Below, piece by piece: positions 49,563 to 52,239 of a DNA stretch of 52,239 bases (its first letter is position 1; each line of letters begins with the position of its first letter). Origin of the DNA: Oligoflexales bacterium (GTDB lineage: Bacteria; Bdellovibrionota_B; Oligoflexia; Oligoflexales; CAIYRB01); assembly GCA_041736175.1 (NCBI GenBank), contig JBGSUI010000052.1, positions 1-52,239 on the forward strand. The letters run 5' to 3'. The notes under the pieces are model-generated. The model was not told where the DNA came from and did not search any database. It worked only from the letters and a program-made list of their open reading frames with translations. Both the position numbers and the translations under genes were made by a program.

Positions 49563-50528
49563 TTACGGGAGAAAATCATGGAACGGAGCCCCCCATGAAT
49601 CCCCCCACCCCGTCCGCATCAGCGTAGGACGAGAGCAAGCCATCTTCCCCGCATGTTCCGGCTTAAATGCACCGATTTTCAGGTCGAACGCGACGAGTGC
49701 TTTGAGGAAGCGGTGATAGAAGAGCAGATCGACGAAGTATTCCTTCTTACCGAGCGCAAGCCGGTACTGCCTGCCCACGAAACAAAAGCCATAACCGAGT
49801 TCGAGAATGAACTGTTGTAGGTGCGATATGAGTCGACTTTCCAGTTCGAGTTCCTTGATGGCCTTGTTCACGCCGAGGAATTCGAGGTTATAGCGACTCT
49901 TGAGTATTTCATCGGCCTGCTCCGCTAGATGTTCCGGCAGAGCTAGTGGGAAGTTGTGCGTCTTATTCTCCTTCACCGCGCGATCGTAGGCGCTAGCCTT
50001 GATCTGATTCAAGAGAACGTCGCGACTCCAACCAAAGCGGGCGGTGGCTTGCAGGTAGTAGATGCGCGCTTGGGGATCGGAGATTTTTGAAAGTATGTTT
50101 GTATGATGACCCCATGGAACGGAGGCGACCAATTGTCTCACAGCCTGTGAGACAACTTCTGGAATCGGTTTTCCGGGGATCAATTGTCTCACAGCCTGTG
50201 AGACTTTTTTGCCGTCAATCTGCAAGTCTGCCACAGCCTGCGACAGAAATTCGGGAGTGGTGTGGTCAAGGTAAAGCTGCTGCATTTTAAAAAGGTTTGC
50301 TCGGGAAAATCCCTGCATACCAGGAAACTCGGCGCGCAGGTCCGCCGAGATGCGCTCAACGACGGCATCGCCCCAGCCGGCGACTTGCTTCTCCTCGACG
50401 ATGCTTCTCCCAATGTCCCAATACATCGAGACTAAGTGGGAACTAACCGCGTGGGAGGCATTTGTCCGCGCATGACGGACACGTTCCTTCAGTGAAGAAA
50501 GGAACGCAGCGTAATCGGGGAAAGAAAT
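49563..50528 (-). pseudogene. yhcG: YhcG/DUF1016 PD-(D/E)XK nuclease-domain gene, truncated at both ends
   Basis: DYAAFLSSLKERVR...MYWDIG...WG, GFS..NL..M, PWGH, FILELG.GF.FVGRQ, DLLFYH..L. Breaks at FKPEHAGKM. In-frame stop at 50529-50531 with no start codon. Confidence 0.85.
50130..50204. repeat. Two 24-bp palindromic direct repeats inside yhcG
   Basis: caattgtctcacagcctgtgagac at 50130 and 50181; core gtctcacag-c-ctgtgagac is self-complementary. Confidence 0.85.
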
Positions 50529-50916
50529 CTAGCTGAGATGCATACTAGAAGTAAAAAAAGCGGAGAAACGCTTTGATACAGCAAAAAAGTCGCTTCTAAA
50601 GCTGACCGTATCATGGTCAGCATGGGAGAGATGAGCCGAATATGCTGGCTTGACTTGGTGTCGATCTCGTTATCAAAGTGACCGATAGGAGCGATAGGTC
50701 TGATTTACAGTCGCTGGCCTGAAATCTCCCGCCGAGATGCTGAAGAGAAGTTGATGCAGCAGGCACAAAAAGTCGACCCGGATGCTGGAGCTTATGATCC
50801 AAGGAGCGGAAAAAGTGAGGGGTATGGTTATGGGCTCCTCTATTTGGGATTTTAGTTTGTTGTCCTCGCTTTTTTTTAAAACTCGCCCGTCCACTGATAG
50901 GGATTGATCTTAGCAA

Positions 50917-50946
50917 AATACGGGTGCAGGTCCTCCTCAGTAAGGG
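50917..50946. repeat. 30-bp direct repeat, copy 2
   Basis: Identical to 49327-49356. Confidence 0.92.
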
Positions 50947-51047
50947 CCTGTGCCGGGAGGCCCCACAAGGAGGATGCCTTTGGGCATCCTTGCGCCGAGT
51001 CTACCAAAGTGTTTTGGGTTTTTAAGGAAGTTGACGATTTCCAGCAG
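50946..51047 (-). pseudogene. ftsH: ftsH gene fragment (~34 codons)
   Basis: Manual translation [34 protein letters not shown], cut inside Walker A by the 30-bp repeat. Confidence 0.8.
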
Positions 51048-51237
51048 ACCATCTGCTGGCACCATCCTTTACTCCTTCGCCCCAGAAACTGACCATAATT
51101 TGTCCACGAGACCTTTCGACTCGTTATAACTTACCATGACAAAAGATGAAAACAAAGATCGTTCCAAGTTTGTCTTCTCTTGGTACAAATAATGTCACTA
51201 TCTTTTCGTCTAGAATGTGTAGTGTTTAAATCCCGTT

Positions 51238-51955
51238 ATGGGATCTGTAAACCAAACATGCTTTGAATATCAACGAAGACAACCGGAGCTCACTCCATGT
51301 TACAAGGTCGTTCAAGAACATTTGGCCACATTTGTCTCTCTGTCCATAAAAGGGAGCTGGAAAACAAACCCCGTTGCCCCCCTTTGTTTTAAATGAGTTT
51401 GAAGCATTTCTACAGTGTGGGATCCTGGCCCGTGGTTTCTTGAGGCTTAAATGTTGCTTATGCGGTCAAAAGAAAATTGTTGGATTTAGTTGTAAAAAAA
51501 GGGGCTTCTGTCCATCTTGTGCTGGTAAACGAATGATTGAGTCAGCGGTTCATCTGGTGGAGAATGTCTTACCTCAAGCACCCTATAGACAGTTTGCCCT
51601 CTCTTTTCCCATGCCACGGAGATACTGGTTTCAGACCAATAAAAAGCTGTTTTCAAAAGTTCATGGCATCGTCATCAGCCAAATTACTTGGTTGTACAAG
51701 ACTAAGGCCCTATCGCAAGGAATCAAAAACCCTATCACAGGATCTATTTCTTATACCCAGAGATTTGGTTCAGGTCTGAATCTTAACCCCCATATTCATT
51801 CGCTTTGGCTTGATAGTGTTTTTACAGAGGTTGAGGGGAATCTAAAATTCCAAAATGTAAGCCCTCTTACTGATGACCAAGTTGCCGATCTAATAACGCC
51901 TCGTCAGCAGAATTTGTGGGTGCGTTTTGGCTCCGGAAGATCGCCTAGTGCATGA
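51238..51955 (+). mobile_element. IS91-family (HUH rolling-circle) transposase pseudogene
   Basis: YQRRQPE.T..Y..V..HL.TF from ATG 51238, frameshifted to LPPFV..EF..FL.CG.L..GF, SCK.RG.CPSC, QRFGS.LNLNPHIH. The C-terminal catalytic Tyr region is absent. Confidence 0.88.
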
Positions 51956-52239
51956 AAATAAGCAAGTATCCTTACAACAATACTGTAGAATCTATAAACA
52001 GGCCTCCACCAAATAGGTAGAAAACCATGCCAACATTTTAGAGATGCGGGGGCTAATAAATGTGGCTGTCTCTTGGGAAACTATTGTTTGAGAAAATTAT
52101 CTTCAAATTATGCTTAGATAAGATGCCAATAAAATCGACACCAGCCCAAAATCTCCTCCAGATTTTTTAAAAAAACAAAAAAATAATTTATAATTATCAA
52201 AAATTATTGACCTATTTTTCTGTCTTTTGAGATTAAGGC

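Noticed and set aside
49327..50946. CRISPR array or prophage att pair interpretation of the 30-bp repeats
   Set aside because: Only two copies 1.6 kb apart, with no cas, integrase or tRNA similarity.
50617..51092. Short ORFs of 62-99 aa in the track
   Set aside because: No recognisable motifs; the region is a mosaic of fragments, and only the ftsH piece is supportable.
4033..52239. DGR template repeat (AAC-rich copy of the VR)
   Set aside because: No second copy of 3900-4032 was seen by eye on either strand; not reported as a feature.

Overview
Bacterial chromosomal window. It is probably from an Oligoflexia/Bdellovibrionota-like organism; this is inferred from the fibre-protein repeats, the many unknown lipoproteins, a secreted trypsin and sigma54/sigma28 motifs. 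The most striking feature is at the left end. A 5'-truncated repetitive fibre/adhesin gene of more than 1340 aa ends in a C-type-lectin-like domain whose last ~130 nt look like a diversity-generating retroelement (DGR) variable region. It is followed by a GC-rich hairpin and a convergent, decayed DGR cassette: an N-terminal RT fragment joined by deletion to the C-terminal half of an Avd-like gene, with no template repeat found in the window. Next come several toxin-antitoxin modules (DUF4160/DUF2442, AbiEi plus truncated AbiEii, an MqsA-like HTH) and an AAA ATPase. The middle is mostly housekeeping genes: an ABC transporter split by vapBC, kamA-family, mnmD, maf, M48 peptidase, tRNA-Pro, pilD, GGDEF, mutS2, 2-oxoacid dehydrogenase E1, pabB, mutY and folB. 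Accessory pieces are interspersed: an AT-rich 3-gene cassette behind tRNA-Pro, a secreted deiminase lipoprotein, a membrane-anchored sigma-like protein, and an operon of 3 lipoproteins plus a beta-barrel. The right end is a decayed mobile region with DUF433, YhcG and ftsH fragments, a 30-bp direct repeat and an IS91-family transposase pseudogene.
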